Assembly (NCBI RefSeq): GCF_009914755.1
Contig: NC_060934.1
Source: the human T2T-CHM13v2.0 reference genome, Homo sapiens
DNA: 64,000 bases
Reading direction: 5' to 3' (one strand)
Shown: piece by piece, positions 10,079 through 25,057 of the stretch
Numbering within the stretch: the first letter of the stretch is position 1
Layout of the letters: every line of letters begins with the position of its first letter
Program-made: the position numbers and the translations under genes
The notes under the pieces: model-generated
Database searches by the model: none
Seen by the model: the letters and a program-made list of their open reading frames with translations, nothing else
What the model was told of the DNA's origin: nothing

Positions 10079-12956
10079 TGACCATCAGCTTTCTAAGTGC
10101 ACCTCTGATTTATCCCAGCCTTGTTTGCAGTTGTCAGGTCCTGTGATCACTTCTGCCCAAGTACCTGTGAGTTATATACTTCAGATAACGTATCTATAAG
10201 AAAGTAGACAGCATGAACTGCATCAGACTCACTATGAGTGACAAATAAAGCATTATTGTGTTATTATTGAAATTTTCATCTTTTCTATTATAGTATCATC
10301 TACCCTGATCTAAACAACATCCATCATCAAGCTATGTGTTATCAATCTGGAGGCACCCGATTTTCAATATTTCTGCTTATCAGACACTGTCTTCTTCTTT
10401 AAGGGCCAAGTCCAATCTCACCAGTTCTTAGAAGACTTTTCTAATCATATCATATCAAAGGGAAGGGTTGATCTACTTTTCATTTCTTTAACATTTACTG
10501 TCTATAGTCTAAATTTTGTCTTGAATGACTATTTGCCTCTGAGTGTTTATGTAACTTGTCTATCAGCTATATCTCATGCCCTTGCATCTTATGCTACTGT
10601 GTGGCTCCCAGGGTACATAAGATATGATAATTGCTTAAAGGTAGTGATTCATAACTGTAAGTTGGAAATAATCATTTTTATTGAAAATGTACAATATATT
10701 AAGGCCAAGTAAAAGTCAGATGTTTCTGTTACATAACTTTAATATAGAAATTGCTTCTATCTAAAGCTATGTTTATTATACTTTTAATGTTTCCTTATTC
10801 AAGTGAATTGAAATGATATAAACAATTATGCTAAGTGTTAAAAATAACATTAGTTATTGCTTTCCTATATGCAATTCAGTGGGTAATTTAAATGATAATC
10901 TAGTGGTAGTCTCTAGAGGGAATTAAATATCTGTAATGATACTAAAAATTAGAAAAAGAAATAATACCTCTCAATCATAAATTTTCAAGTGTGTTATAAT
11001 CATCCCAAATTCACCACTGTGGGTATAGAAACCTTTGCTAGAATTTCTGTCTAAGAATGCAGTAGTAGTTAAATAATTTTCAAAGTTAACTCTAATCATC
11101 TTCACCTCATATGTAATTCAGTAATCAATCCACATACCTTTTCCAGGACATTTTTAAGGGACAAGATTATCTATAATACTGGAGCAAGTTTATCTCATCA
11201 GCTACTAGACAAAAAGGTTGAAAATTACTAATATTAAAGTGAGCTATTTTCTGTAGATTCTAATTTGAGAGTACTAAATCCTTTTGAACTTATAAGTTTT
11301 TATCTATGAAATTAGTGAATTTTGCTCTCAGCCTAACCCGACTGTTTTATACATATTAAGCTGATGCAAATCTTTATTTTTATTAATACTCTTTCCTGAA
11401 CAGATTAGAAACCTTAAAGCTGGCCCATTGGGGAGGCTTCTTATCTGGGCAGGCACAGATACAGCCAGTAGAAAGGGAAGAGAGGTGCGCCCCTCTCGAT
11501 CCATGGGCTCACCCCTCCTGTGTAAGCCTCTGAAAACTAGGCCATATTTTACTTCTCACCATTACACCTTGTGATTTTGTAAAATGAGTCAGACAGAAAA
11601 CACTGATGCAGCCCTGTGATAGCCCTGCCGTGGTCTATTTGTTCTTGACCAGTAAGGAGCCTTGCTTTGAGTATATTTTTAAGTATGAATCATTTTCCCA
11701 ATAAATGGTAGAAACTGCTAACTAGAGATTTACTCCACTATAAAACCTTGCTCTGAAAAGCCAAGTAAAAGTCAAATTTTATTTTGAATGCACTTGGAAA
11801 GCGATCTATGTGGATGGATAGATTTTCAGCTAATGCTTTTGCAACATCAATGGCTGTCTTATAAATGAAACATTTTCTAAATAGGCTTTTCGAAAAGCAA
11901 ACACTGACAAATGAATTTCCAAGAGCCTATGAGAGTTGCAGTTCTTTTCTTTGTATATTCCTAGTATTTATTTGGCAACATAAAATATACATTTACTTCT
12001 TTTCCTTTCAAGACTCGTCACAACAAACATACCTCATCGAAATATTTATTTTTTTATTTTCACAAGTCACTATTACAATGTTTTGAAAAAAAGGCTGCTG
12101 AAGTTTAGTAATGATATTAAATATTTAGGGGTGTTATGCCACTGTGGAATCAGTGTCAGTGATAAAGAGGTCTCAGTTATGCTTGCCAGGGACTACTTGC
12201 TAATCAAAAGGAGTTTTTAATCAATGATCTTGAGCTTCACTGTCTTTAAGGATAGAGATGGGAAAAGAGCTATTTTTGCAGTGTGCACCAATAAGCATGG
12301 CCTTTATAGTTAAGAAAATCTTAATTTTCCTTTTTGAATCCATCATATTATCACGATATTACTGAAGCATTTAAGAGTAATAGTCTTGTAAATTACTTCT
12401 GAAGGAAAAATTGAGGTAGAGTTCACTTTGAAGTCCATATGAAAAAAGATGAACACATTGACTGTAGAAATTTCCTGCAAAATTATATAATCAATATACA
12501 AAATTGTATAATCTATAGTTTTCTAAGGAAATTTAAACTACTAAAATGTATACATCTTTCTGAGTTCATCTGCTTCGCTATGATAATGATCACTATTAAC
12601 AGAAAGTCAATGTTCTGTACTTAAGTGTGAGTGCTCTGAAGGTAGACTAGGTTTGAACATTAGCTTGATTACTTGTTAGATGTGTAAACTGGAGCTAGAT
12701 TAACCAAATATCAATTGTCCATTTTGGGTTCTTAGAGACCTATTGACAAATTGTGGTTCCTTTATAAGTAGTTTGACCAAATTTCCTATCAGATAAATAA
12801 AATAAAGACAGGCTAACGGGTACACTGGGGCTTGGCATGAAAGAAAAATGTCTATTAACTCAAGCATGTTGTGAGTCATAAAGAAAGAGATTCTACATAA
12901 AGCGAAGATGAGAAGAAAACACATGGATGTTAGGAATCTCAAAATCTGCTGTAAAC

Positions 12957-13480
12957 CAGTAAGCCCATTCCTTAATATTCACCTTAGAGAAATAAAAAGT
13001 TACACTTGCACAAAAATCTCTACACAAATGTTGGTATCAGCTCTATTCATAATTGCTACGTGCTGGGAAGAGCCCATATGTTCTTCAATATCTGAATGAA
13101 TAAACAAGCTATGGTATATCCATACAATGAAATACTACTTAGCAGTTAAAAGGAACACACATTAGTACATACAGCAATGTAGACGAATCTCAAATACACC
13201 ATGGTGAGTAAAAGAAACCAGTCTCAAAATGTTATATATTTCATGTATGATTTCATTTATAGGACATTCTAGGAAAGGCAAAGCTGTATGAACAAAGAAC
13301 AGGTCAGTAGTTTCCACATGCTAGGGATAGAAGAGGAATTAACTATGAAAAGATAGCATAAGGGCAATTTGAGAAGTGAAGAAAGTGTTCTATTTCCTGA
13401 TTGTGATTTTTTGCATGAGTCTATGTATGTGTTAAAACTCAGAACTGTATACCAAAAAAGTTACTACATGTAAATTTCAG
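12957..13480 (+). mobile_element. Old L1 (L1MC/L1ME) 3' end
   Basis: GAATAAACAAGCTATGGTATATCCATACAATGAAATACTAC..GAATCTCAAA..AGGACATTCTAGGAAAGGCAAA..AAAACTCAGAACTGTATAC. Confidence 0.75.
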
Positions 13481-14974
13481 AAATAACACAATTTATTTAT
13501 GGAATAATATATAAAAATGGGGGATAATTGTTCATATTTTTACTACAATATGATTTAAGTGAAAAAGATAGTGTAAAAACCCATGCTTACAAATGATCTG
13601 AATTTCACAAAATAAATACATGTACAGGTGAAGAGAAAAATGGCCCTCTGGAGACAATTTTACCCATTTCGAAGTGGGGGCTCTTCTCGGGACTTTCAAA
13701 ATAATGCAGTGACATTGGATTCACTCTGTCAGCTTACCATAAGCACTTGCTTTGTGAGAAAGTGAGAGAGAAAGAGACAGAGGAGGGCAGAAGGGAGAGA
13801 AAATATGAATGTAGATAACTGACAGCTTTACAAATTTGTAACTTGTTTACATTTATTCCTCTTATATATATATGGATGGATTGCCTAGTAGGTACCACAG
13901 AATAAATGTAAAATATTATTTATTGAATTTAATTTTCATAGTTCTATAATATAATTTACATGAAGAAAACAGATTCAGAAAATTGTGGAGTTTTCTCAAG
14001 GGAGTAAGTGATCGTGCTTCCTTATGATATGGTTACTTCTTTGATACCCAAAGTTAATACTTCTTTTTTCACAGATTGAAAATTCTCAATGGCTGTTTGT
14101 TAGGCTGAATCAAAACAAGGTGCTTGCTTACAACATTTTGTTTGGTATGGAGGGGGCCTATTGCTAGCCATACCGCTGTCAGATTTGAATCTGTTCAGTT
14201 CTGCTCATTGTCTTTTTGGACTCAATTCTTGTCAGCCTTAGTAACTATAGAGTGATATGGAAGCTGTAAAACTAACTCAGAAACAAGTAATGGTGATTTA
14301 GTCTGGAGGTTTCCTGGATTCCTCAGAAAGGTGGGTCAACATCATGAACAGTGAAGGAAACATTATGGATGAAAACCTTCAAGTATAATATGAGAGCAGT
14401 AGAGAAATTCTCTGATGTTAGCCATAGCAAGAACTCAAGAGGTAGAGAAGGTGTATTTCTGAAAAGGAGAAATGTTATTGGTCATGCAATGATAGGTTGT
14501 ATTTTGCTATTCAACACTTTTTGAGGTAATAGAATACCCTAGACAGAGACTACACAAATAAATGCCCTTTTGTGGAAATTATAGTCAAAGATAACTTTGT
14601 AGAGAATTAGAAGAAAGATAATTCTAAGTTTTTAGTCTGTGCCTTGAGAAGTGAAATTCAGAGCTAACAGGTATTGTTGACATGTATGACAGTCATCTGC
14701 CGTATTTTTATGATATTAAGCTGTTAATTTTAGCTGAATAAACTATGTGATTTTAAGGTTTATTTTTCAAACTCTCCCCAGTTAGTCATGTAAACATAAA
14801 CATTGACATCCTGAGAGCTATAGGCACACAGGCATTAAATATGATGTGTTTCTGGTATCCAATTTCCACTTAAAGACAGTGTCATTTGAAAGAATCTTTT
14901 GTTCCCCATGTACAATGAATAGACTTTTGCCTAGGCAGAAAATGACAGAAAACATAAATTAACTTTAGGAAGAA

Positions 14975-15145
14975 AATTATTTAACATCCCTGTGACTTAC
15001 TTTCTTCTATAAAATGAAGATGATGAAAGAAAGTACCAATCACCTATGGTAGTTGTGAGGGTTAAATGAGTTAATATATGTAAGGCAGATAGGATAATAT
15101 TTGTTATATTTTAGTACTATATGAAGGAGCACTACCATTATTATT
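14975..15145 (+). mobile_element. MIR SINE
   Basis: TTTCTTCTATAAAATGAAGATGATG..GTAGTTGTGAGGGTTAAATGAGTTAATATATGTAA. Confidence 0.65.
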
Positions 15146-15313
15146 ACCTGAGAGCAGTTGTTATGATGGGAGCCAACTGAGAAGCCATTGAGAAAAGGAG
15201 GACTAAGTGACGGTTTTAGAAGAGGGGTTAACATTAGCTGAACAGTTACCATTAGCTGAACAGTTACTGACAGGCAGACAGTAAGGCTCAAACTTATATT
15301 CATTTCACTTATT

Positions 15314-15368
15314 ACACATGCATACACACACAGACACACACATGCATACACACACAGACACACACACA
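15314..15368. repeat. Interrupted (CA)n microsatellite with a duplicated 24-bp unit
   Basis: CATGCATACACACACAGACACACA x2. Confidence 0.85.
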
Positions 15369-15527
15369 AATAATAAACCTCACAAATCCTAGGAGAAGAA
15401 TAGACATAAAATATTAGAAAATGTAAAAATAACTTTAAATGGTCATATTTTTCTGAGTAGAGAATTATTTGAAATTAATCTCAAGGCTTCTTTAAAACAA
15501 TAAAAAATATATTTTCATAACTCATAA

Positions 15528-15943
<416 letters not shown>

Positions 15944-15969
15944 TAAAATCATCTTAAAAATGGAAAGCT

Positions 15970-16265
15970 GGCCAGGTGCAGTAGCTCACACCTGTAATCC
16001 CAGCATTTTGGGAGGCCAAGGTGAGAGGATCACTTGAGCCCAGGAGTTTGAGATCAGCCTGGATAACAAAGTACGACCTTGTCTCTGCAAAAATGTTAAT
16101 GACTTAGCTAAGCTGTGGTAGTGCATACCTGTGGTCCGAGCTACTTGGGAGGCTGAGGTGGGAGCCCAGGAATTCAAGGTTGCAGTGAGCTATGATCAAG
16201 CCACTGCACTATAGCCTGGGTGACAAAGCAAGACCCGGTCTCAACAACAAAACAAAAACAAAAAA
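15970..16265 (+). mobile_element. AluJ (Jo/Jr-like)
   Basis: GGCCAGGTGCAGTAGCTCAC..GGATCACTTGAGCCCAGGAGTTTGAG..GTGAGCTATGATC, with an A-rich tail and a small internal deletion in the right arm. Confidence 0.9.
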
Positions 16266-17131
16266 TGAAGTTTCCCTGAAAGATTATTTTTCAGCTCTCC
16301 TCTCAGAGTCCTTTAAAAGGAAAATTTTCACTTCCTTTATAAATAAATGAGGAATAAATTGCTACCAAAAATGTATGGAAGTTTGAGAAAGGAGGAAACA
16401 GGATGGAAGTGGAATGTAGTTGACTTCAGAAGAAACGATTGAATCTGCACCTAGTATAATGAACAGTTTTCTCAATCTCTTAGATTTCAAGTGAATCCAG
16501 AGTCACACGGGATAAAAGCAACTTCAAAGAGTAATAGCTACAGGAAAAAAAAAAAAATCAATTAAAGCAGCAATATAAAAGTTCGCATAAAGCAAATGAA
16601 ATTTTGATCTGAACAAAAGACTTTGAGGTTAATTTAAGTAAAATTAAAACTCATCAACTAAACAAGAGCTGTGACCTTTACCATCTCTATAAAGCTAAAG
16701 GGAGAAGAGTTTAAATAAACAGCTTAATTTGAGATCTAATTTCAGTTTTAACGTGATGTTTGTTACAGAGGACTTATGAAATTATAATGTATTTCCTATT
16801 TGGATGAGAACTACTTTTAAGTGGGTAAGGAAAAGGAGGCTCGGAAAAACAGTATATCCTAGCCAGAATGTGAAGCAATAGAGTTAGAGGGAATTGTTTA
16901 TTATTAGAGTGGTCAAATATTTCTGAACCTGATAAGGTTAACAAACCTTGCAAGCCACATTTCTTGTTAAGTATCTCACTGGTAACTCCTGCTGTCTTTC
17001 TCAGGCTCACCTTCTTCCGTTCTTTCTAGAAAAATGTAATGTTTTGAGCACAACTGATTGTCAACTAATCCGTCACGATTTTTAAATTTCAAGTGATTTT
17101 AAATTCTAATTTAATGAAAATCAGTGAATTA

Positions 17132-17335
<204 letters not shown>

Positions 17336-17708
17336 CTAATGCCAAATTTGCCTTTTTATTCAATTTGACCCAATTTCCTTCAGACACTGAGTTTCTTTAT
17401 CTAAGCCTCCACAAGTACAGAATAGGCATCTACTTACTGTTGTTTGAATGGTACAAAGGACTTGCTCACTCCAAATAGTTCATGCACAAGTCACCATGTG
17501 ACTCTCCCGGCCAGGTTAGAAGCTCTCAGTACTAGAATAACTAAATGGGTTTGGCAATACTAACGATAGCAGAACCTCAAAAAATGCCACTGTTAAAAAG
17601 CATGCATAAAATTATAAAGAAAGACCTGGAGATTTTAATTCGCTTCCTCTGTTAGGAAACAAGCACTGCTTATATATTCAGCTAATAGTCATCTTGAAAG
17701 TCAATAGA

Positions 17709-17858
17709 GGCCAGGTGCAGTGGCTCACACGTGTAATCCTAGCACTGTGGGAGGCCAAGGCAGGAGAACTGCTTCAGCCCAGGGGTTCCAGACCAGCCTG
17801 GGCAACACAGTGAGATCTTGTCTCTATTAATAATAATAATAATAACACATAAAAATAA
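17709..17858 (+). mobile_element. FLAM_C / Alu left monomer with (TAA)n tail
   Basis: Single monomer GGCCAGGTGCAGTGGCTCAC..TGTCTCTA, flanked by an imperfect TSD beginning GAAAGTCAA. Confidence 0.85.
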
Positions 17859-19585
17859 TGAAAGTCAAATCTATAGAGAAGCTAAGTCAAAGAAAATGGA
17901 AATATTTCACTCAGAAAACCTGTGCAGTTAGTGTGTACAAGTCCTATTGGATGTGAATGGAAGGAGAGGAACATATAAAGTGAATTAAATAGAATGAACC
18001 TAATGAGGAATCTCTTGTAAGACTTCCTTGAGAGACACTGTAGAGTGCTGAGTTCACGTATCTCATTTCATATTTTAGATATGACACCTCAAATATGAGA
18101 TTGGGGGAGGAAAGTCTGGAGGTACAGGTAGTTTTAAAAACATTTAATGACAGTCTGTGAGGTAGAAGATCCACTGTTAGGTATTACAGATTCAAACATG
18201 AATATATATAGTTATTGATATCAAGGAGATAATGATCTAGTGGGGTAGAATATTTTATTAAGTAGTAAACAGCACCATGTAAAAGTACAATTTAACAGAG
18301 TAGATTACAATGCTATAGAATTTAGGGAAAATGCTCATTAATTATGTTTGGAAAGATCAAGAAATTTTCACAGAATAAAATTTCAGACAAATGATGTTGA
18401 ATTTAATGGTAATTTGCTAGGAAAACAAGAAAAGAGGTGCATTCAAGAGGGTACATGTAAGAATGAGAAAACAGTGTGTGTTCTGGGAAGAATGAGTCAC
18501 TTTATATTACGGAGAGTAGAGGTTAAGGATAGGAACAGTGGTGAAAAATGAGGTTGGCTGGGTAGATTAGAACTATTAATAGTTTGTATAGAGTCCAGCG
18601 TTCTGCATATAATTTGTGGTAAGTAATTTTTTAAAGCACAGGTGTGACAGAAGCAGATTTTTATCCTGTAGAAAAACATGTTAAGAGAGTGCCAAAGGGT
18701 ACCTTAAAGGGATAAGAAAGTAAAAGAAAATATAGAGATGGAAACCAAATTCTCAATTCACAAAATTGCCTAGATCTGCCTCAGAAAGTGTCCTTAAGTA
18801 TTTTTTCCCAGTCTTAATCAGTTATTTCTTGAAATAATAAGATTTTACTGGTATAGTAAAGAAAAAGTATATATTTAGATATACTGTGTCTAATTTTTAT
18901 ATCTGCTTAGGTTCTCATGTGTTTCCAGCTGTTATAATATGTTTAAATGACAGTTATTTTTATTGCTGTTTTTATTATATATTAAACATTAAAATATTCA
19001 CTATGGTTGAAAGTATTTTAATACACCAAACCATTTTAATACACCAACAAGCATATCTAATAGTAATATTTTCCGTAATTAAAAGTACATACAGAAAACA
19101 AAGAAACTTTTTTTTTTAGAAAGTTGAATTTCTGGCATATTCTGTACCAAAAGTATAAATATGCTATTTGAAAGTGAAACAAACAATATAAAAATTAAAA
19201 TAGAAGGTTAGGAATGTAGTCCATGCTACTTCAAAGTGTAATTTTGATATAAAGTCCAGATAAATTTCTTTCCTTTTGCATTTGTACAGAATGAAAATTA
19301 GCACATTAGCAAGAATATGAAAAGTTGTCTGGGAACAAAACTAATATGGTAAATCAGCAATTTACAAATATATCCAAGATAAGCAAAAGGAAGACAAGAA
19401 TAAATTTACAAACCTCAAGCATTCTTCTTGTTAATAACATCTCATCATGAAATTGACACTATTGGCTGAGAAATGCCTACAGAGAAACAGAGAAATGTGC
19501 ACCTGGGTTAAGTTAAGAAGATACTCTTTGATACATTATGGTGTTTAAATAGAGATTTTAATTAGGTCATTTTAAAATAATTTGC

Positions 19586-19651
19586 TGTATTAGTTTCTTA
19601 TTACTGCTGTAACAAATTACTAGAAACTTAGTACTAAAAACAATACAAATT
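19586..19651 (-). mobile_element. MLT1 LTR terminal fragment
   Basis: TGTATTAGTTTCTTATTACTGCTGTAACAAATTACTAGAAACTTAGT. Confidence 0.65.
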
Positions 19652-19725
19652 AACTTCTGTTCTGTGAAAGACACTATCAAATGAGAAGACAAGCGGTTGT
19701 CTGAGAGAGAACATTAACAAAAGAA
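19652..19725 (+). mobile_element. Old L1M ORF2 fragment
   Basis: AACTTCTGTTCTGTGAAAGACACTATCAA..ATGAGAAGACAAGC. Confidence 0.45.
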
Positions 19726-19731
19726 AGACAA

Positions 19732-19971
19732 TGTATTAGTTCATTTTCATATTGCTATGAAAAAATGCCCAAGACTGGGTAATTTATAATGAAAAAGAGG
19801 TTTAATGGACTCACAGTTTCACTGGCTAGGGAGGCCTCACAATCATGGCAGGAGGCAGAGAAGGAGCAAAGACATGCCTTACATGGTGGCAGGCAAGAGA
19901 GCATGTGCAGGGGAACTGCTCTTTATGAAACTGTCAGATCGGCCAGGCACCCTTTATAAAACCATCAGATC
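19732..19971 (-). mobile_element. THE1 LTR, 3' ~60% only, interrupted by an Alu
   Basis: TGTATTAGT..AAGACTGGGTAATTTATA..GAGGTTTAATGGACTCACAG..GCAGGGGAACT..TTTATAAAACCATCAGATC. The remainder of the LTR was not found in the window. Confidence 0.88.
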
Positions 19972-20433
<462 letters not shown>

Positions 20434-20560
20434 TCACCTGGGAAGCACAAGGGGTCGGGGAATTCCCTATCCTAGCAAAGGGAAGCCATGACAGATGGTA
20501 CCTGGAAAATCGGGACACTCCCACCCTAATACTGAGCTTTTTCAATGGCCTTAGCAAATG

Positions 20561-20692
20561 TCACACCAGGAGATTATATCCCTGGCCTGGCTTGGAGGGT
20601 CCCAAACCCATGGTGCCTCGTTCACTGCTAGCACAGCAGTCTGAGATCGAACTGCAAGGTGGCAGTGAGGCAGGGGGAGGGACGTCTGCCAT
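20561..20692 (-). pseudogene. L1 antisense ORF0 homologue, truncated to 43 aa
   Basis: MADVPPPASLPPCSSISDCCASSERGTMGLGPSKPGQGYNLLV* aligns to L1HS ORF0 (MAGAPPPASLPPCSLISDCCAS..). ATG in GCAATGG context; premature TGA. Confidence 0.8.
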
Positions 20693-21270
20693 TGCTGAGT
20701 CCTGAGTAGGTAAACAAAGCAGACAGGAAGCTAGAACTGGGTGGGGCCCACCGCAGCTCACGAGGCCTGCCTGCCTGTGTAGACTCCACCTCTGGGGGCA
20801 GGGCATAGCTGAACAAAAGGCAGCAGAAACTTCTGCAGACTGAAACGTCCTTGTCTGACAGCTTTGAAGAGAGTAATGCTTCTCCCAGCACAGAGTTTGA
20901 GAACAGGCAGAGAACAGGCAGACTGCCTCCTCAAGTGGGTTCCTGACCTCTGAGTAGCCTAACTGGGAGACACCTCCCAGTAGGGACACACTGACAGCTC
21001 ATACAGCCGGGTGCCCCTGTGAGATGAAGCTTCCAGAGGAAGGATCAGGCAGCAACATTTGCTGTTCTGCAATATTTGCTGTTCTGCAGCCTCCACTGGT
21101 GATACCTAGGCAAACAGGGTCTGGAGTGGACCTCCAGCAAACTCTAAGAGACCTGCAGTTGAGGGTCTGGACTGTTAGAAGGAAAACTAACAAACAGAAA
21201 GGACATCCACACCACAACCCCATCTGTACGTCACCATCATCAAAGACCAAAGGTAGATGAAACCACAAAG

Positions 21271-22289
21271 ATGGGGAGAAATCAGAGCAGAAAAGCTGAA
21301 AATTCTAAAAATCAGAGTGCCTCTTCTCCTCCAAAGGAACACAGCTCCTCCCAAGCAACGGATCAAAGCTGGACAGAGAATGACTTTGACGAGTTGAGAG
21401 GAGAAGCCTTCAGACAATCAGTAATAACAAACTTCTCCGAGCTAAAGGAGGATGTTCGAACCCATTGCAAAGTAGCTAAAATCCTTGAAAAAGGATTAGA
21501 TGAATGGCTAACTAGAATAAACAGTGTAGAGAAGTCATTAAATGACCTGATGGAGCTGAAAACCATGGCGTGAGAACTACGTTACACATGCACAAGCTTC
21601 AGTAGACAATTTGATCAAGTGGAAGAAAGGGTATCAGTGATTGAAGATTAAATGAAACACATGAAGTGAGAAGAGAAGTTTAGAGAAAAAAGAGAAAAAA
21701 CAAATGAACAAAGCCTCCAAGAAATATGGGACTATGTGAAAATCTACATCTGTTTGGTGTACCTGAAAGGGATGGGGAGAATGGAACCAAGTTGGAAAAC
21801 ACTCTTCAGGATATTATCCATGAGAACTTCCCCAATCTAGCAAGGCAGGCCAACATTCAAACTGAGGAAATATAGAGAATGCCACAAAGATACTCCTCGA
21901 GAAGAGCAACTCCAAGACACATAATTGTCAGATTCACCAAAGTTGAAATGACGGAAAAAATGTTAAGGGCAGCCAGAGAGAAAGGTCAGGTTGCCCACAA
22001 AGGGAAGCCCATCAGACTAACAGCAGATCTCTTAGCAGAAACTCTACAAGCCAAAAGAGAGTGGGGGCCAATATTCAACATTCTTAAAGAAAAGAATTTT
22101 CAACCCAGAATTTCATATCCAGCCAAACTAAGCTTCATAAGTGAAGGAGAAATAAAATCCATTACAGACAAACAAATGCTGAGAGATGTTGTCACCACCA
22201 GGCGTGCCTTACAAGAGCTCCTGAAGGAAGCAGTAAACATGGAAAGGAACAACCGGTACCAGCCACTGCAAAAACATGCCAAATTGTAA
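21271..22289 (+). pseudogene. L1 ORF1p, disrupted
   Basis: ORF pieces 21271-21573 (premature TGA) and 21879-22289 (..RHIIVRFTKVEM..YPAKLSFISEGEIK..HAKL*). Confidence 0.92.
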
Positions 22290-22352
22290 AGAGCATCAAT
22301 GCTAGGAAGAAACTGCATCAACTAACAAGCAAAATAACCAGCTAACATCATA

Positions 22353-24294
<1,942 letters not shown>

Positions 24295-24314
24295 TTAGGT
24301 AGGTAGGCCTACCT

Positions 24315-24650
24315 CTGGGTCCACAAACGTGTAAGAGGAAATAGAAAGGGAAAAACAGAGATGACAGTGTGAGAAGGACTTTGCCAAATGGCACTGGCTT
24401 TAAAGATGGAAGAAGGCAGTCATAAGTCAAGGAAAGTGGTCTCTAGAAGCTGGAAAAGGCAAATAAGCAAACTGTCCCATAGAGATTCCAGAAAGGAAAG
24501 CAGCCCTCCTGACACCTTAATCTTGGCCCAGTCAGGCCCTTGATCTTAGCCATGTCAGACTCTGATCAGCAGAACTTCACAATAATGAATTGTGCTATTT
24601 TAAGCCATTAATTTTTAGTAATTTGTCACAGCAGCAATAGAAAACTAATA
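24315..24650 (+). mobile_element. MLT1D-like LTR, 3' part
   Basis: CTGGCTTTAAAGATGGAAGAAGG..CTCTAGAAGCTGGAAAAGGCAA..CCAGAAAGGAA..CCTGACACCTT..TTTAAGCCATTAA..GCAGCAATAGAAAACTAATA. Confidence 0.8.
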
Positions 24651-25057
24651 TTCTAAGCATCGAAGAATTTAATTGAATCTAGTAAATTGTTTATAGGGTT
24701 CCCCAGAGGGTTTACGCAATCCAGGGCATACCTTCTCTTTTCTCATGGCTTTCTCTTATTTTTTTCTGTTCCTGTTTCTTGACTTTTATACTTTCTTCTT
24801 CATTGCTCCAGTAGCTACAAATTTCCACCTAAATGTCAAGCAGCTTCCTCTTACTCTGAAGTCTTGGTGTCACACAATACCTATGCCATTGAGGGCCATG
24901 TGTTCTACTTAAGCAGTTATTCAAGTATTTGTTGCAGATCTGACACTCTCCATTTGAGGAATCCCAGTCCCCACCCATATGGCACACAATTTCTCCATCA
25001 TGTTTTTTTTAAATTACTAAATAAAATTAAACTTTAATTTAAGTAAACTTTTGATTT

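Noticed and set aside
11585-11591. AP-1 (TGAGTCA) site here, and similar short TF motifs elsewhere such as GGGACTTTCA at ~13688
   Set aside because: Single 7-10-mers occur at about chance frequency in 64 kb, with no clustering I can support.
19015-19047. Other short tandem duplications (19015-19047, ~37458-37484, ~45993-46024, ~15937-15958)
   Set aside because: Ordinary slippage-type duplications with no shared motif or spacing to suggest a system.
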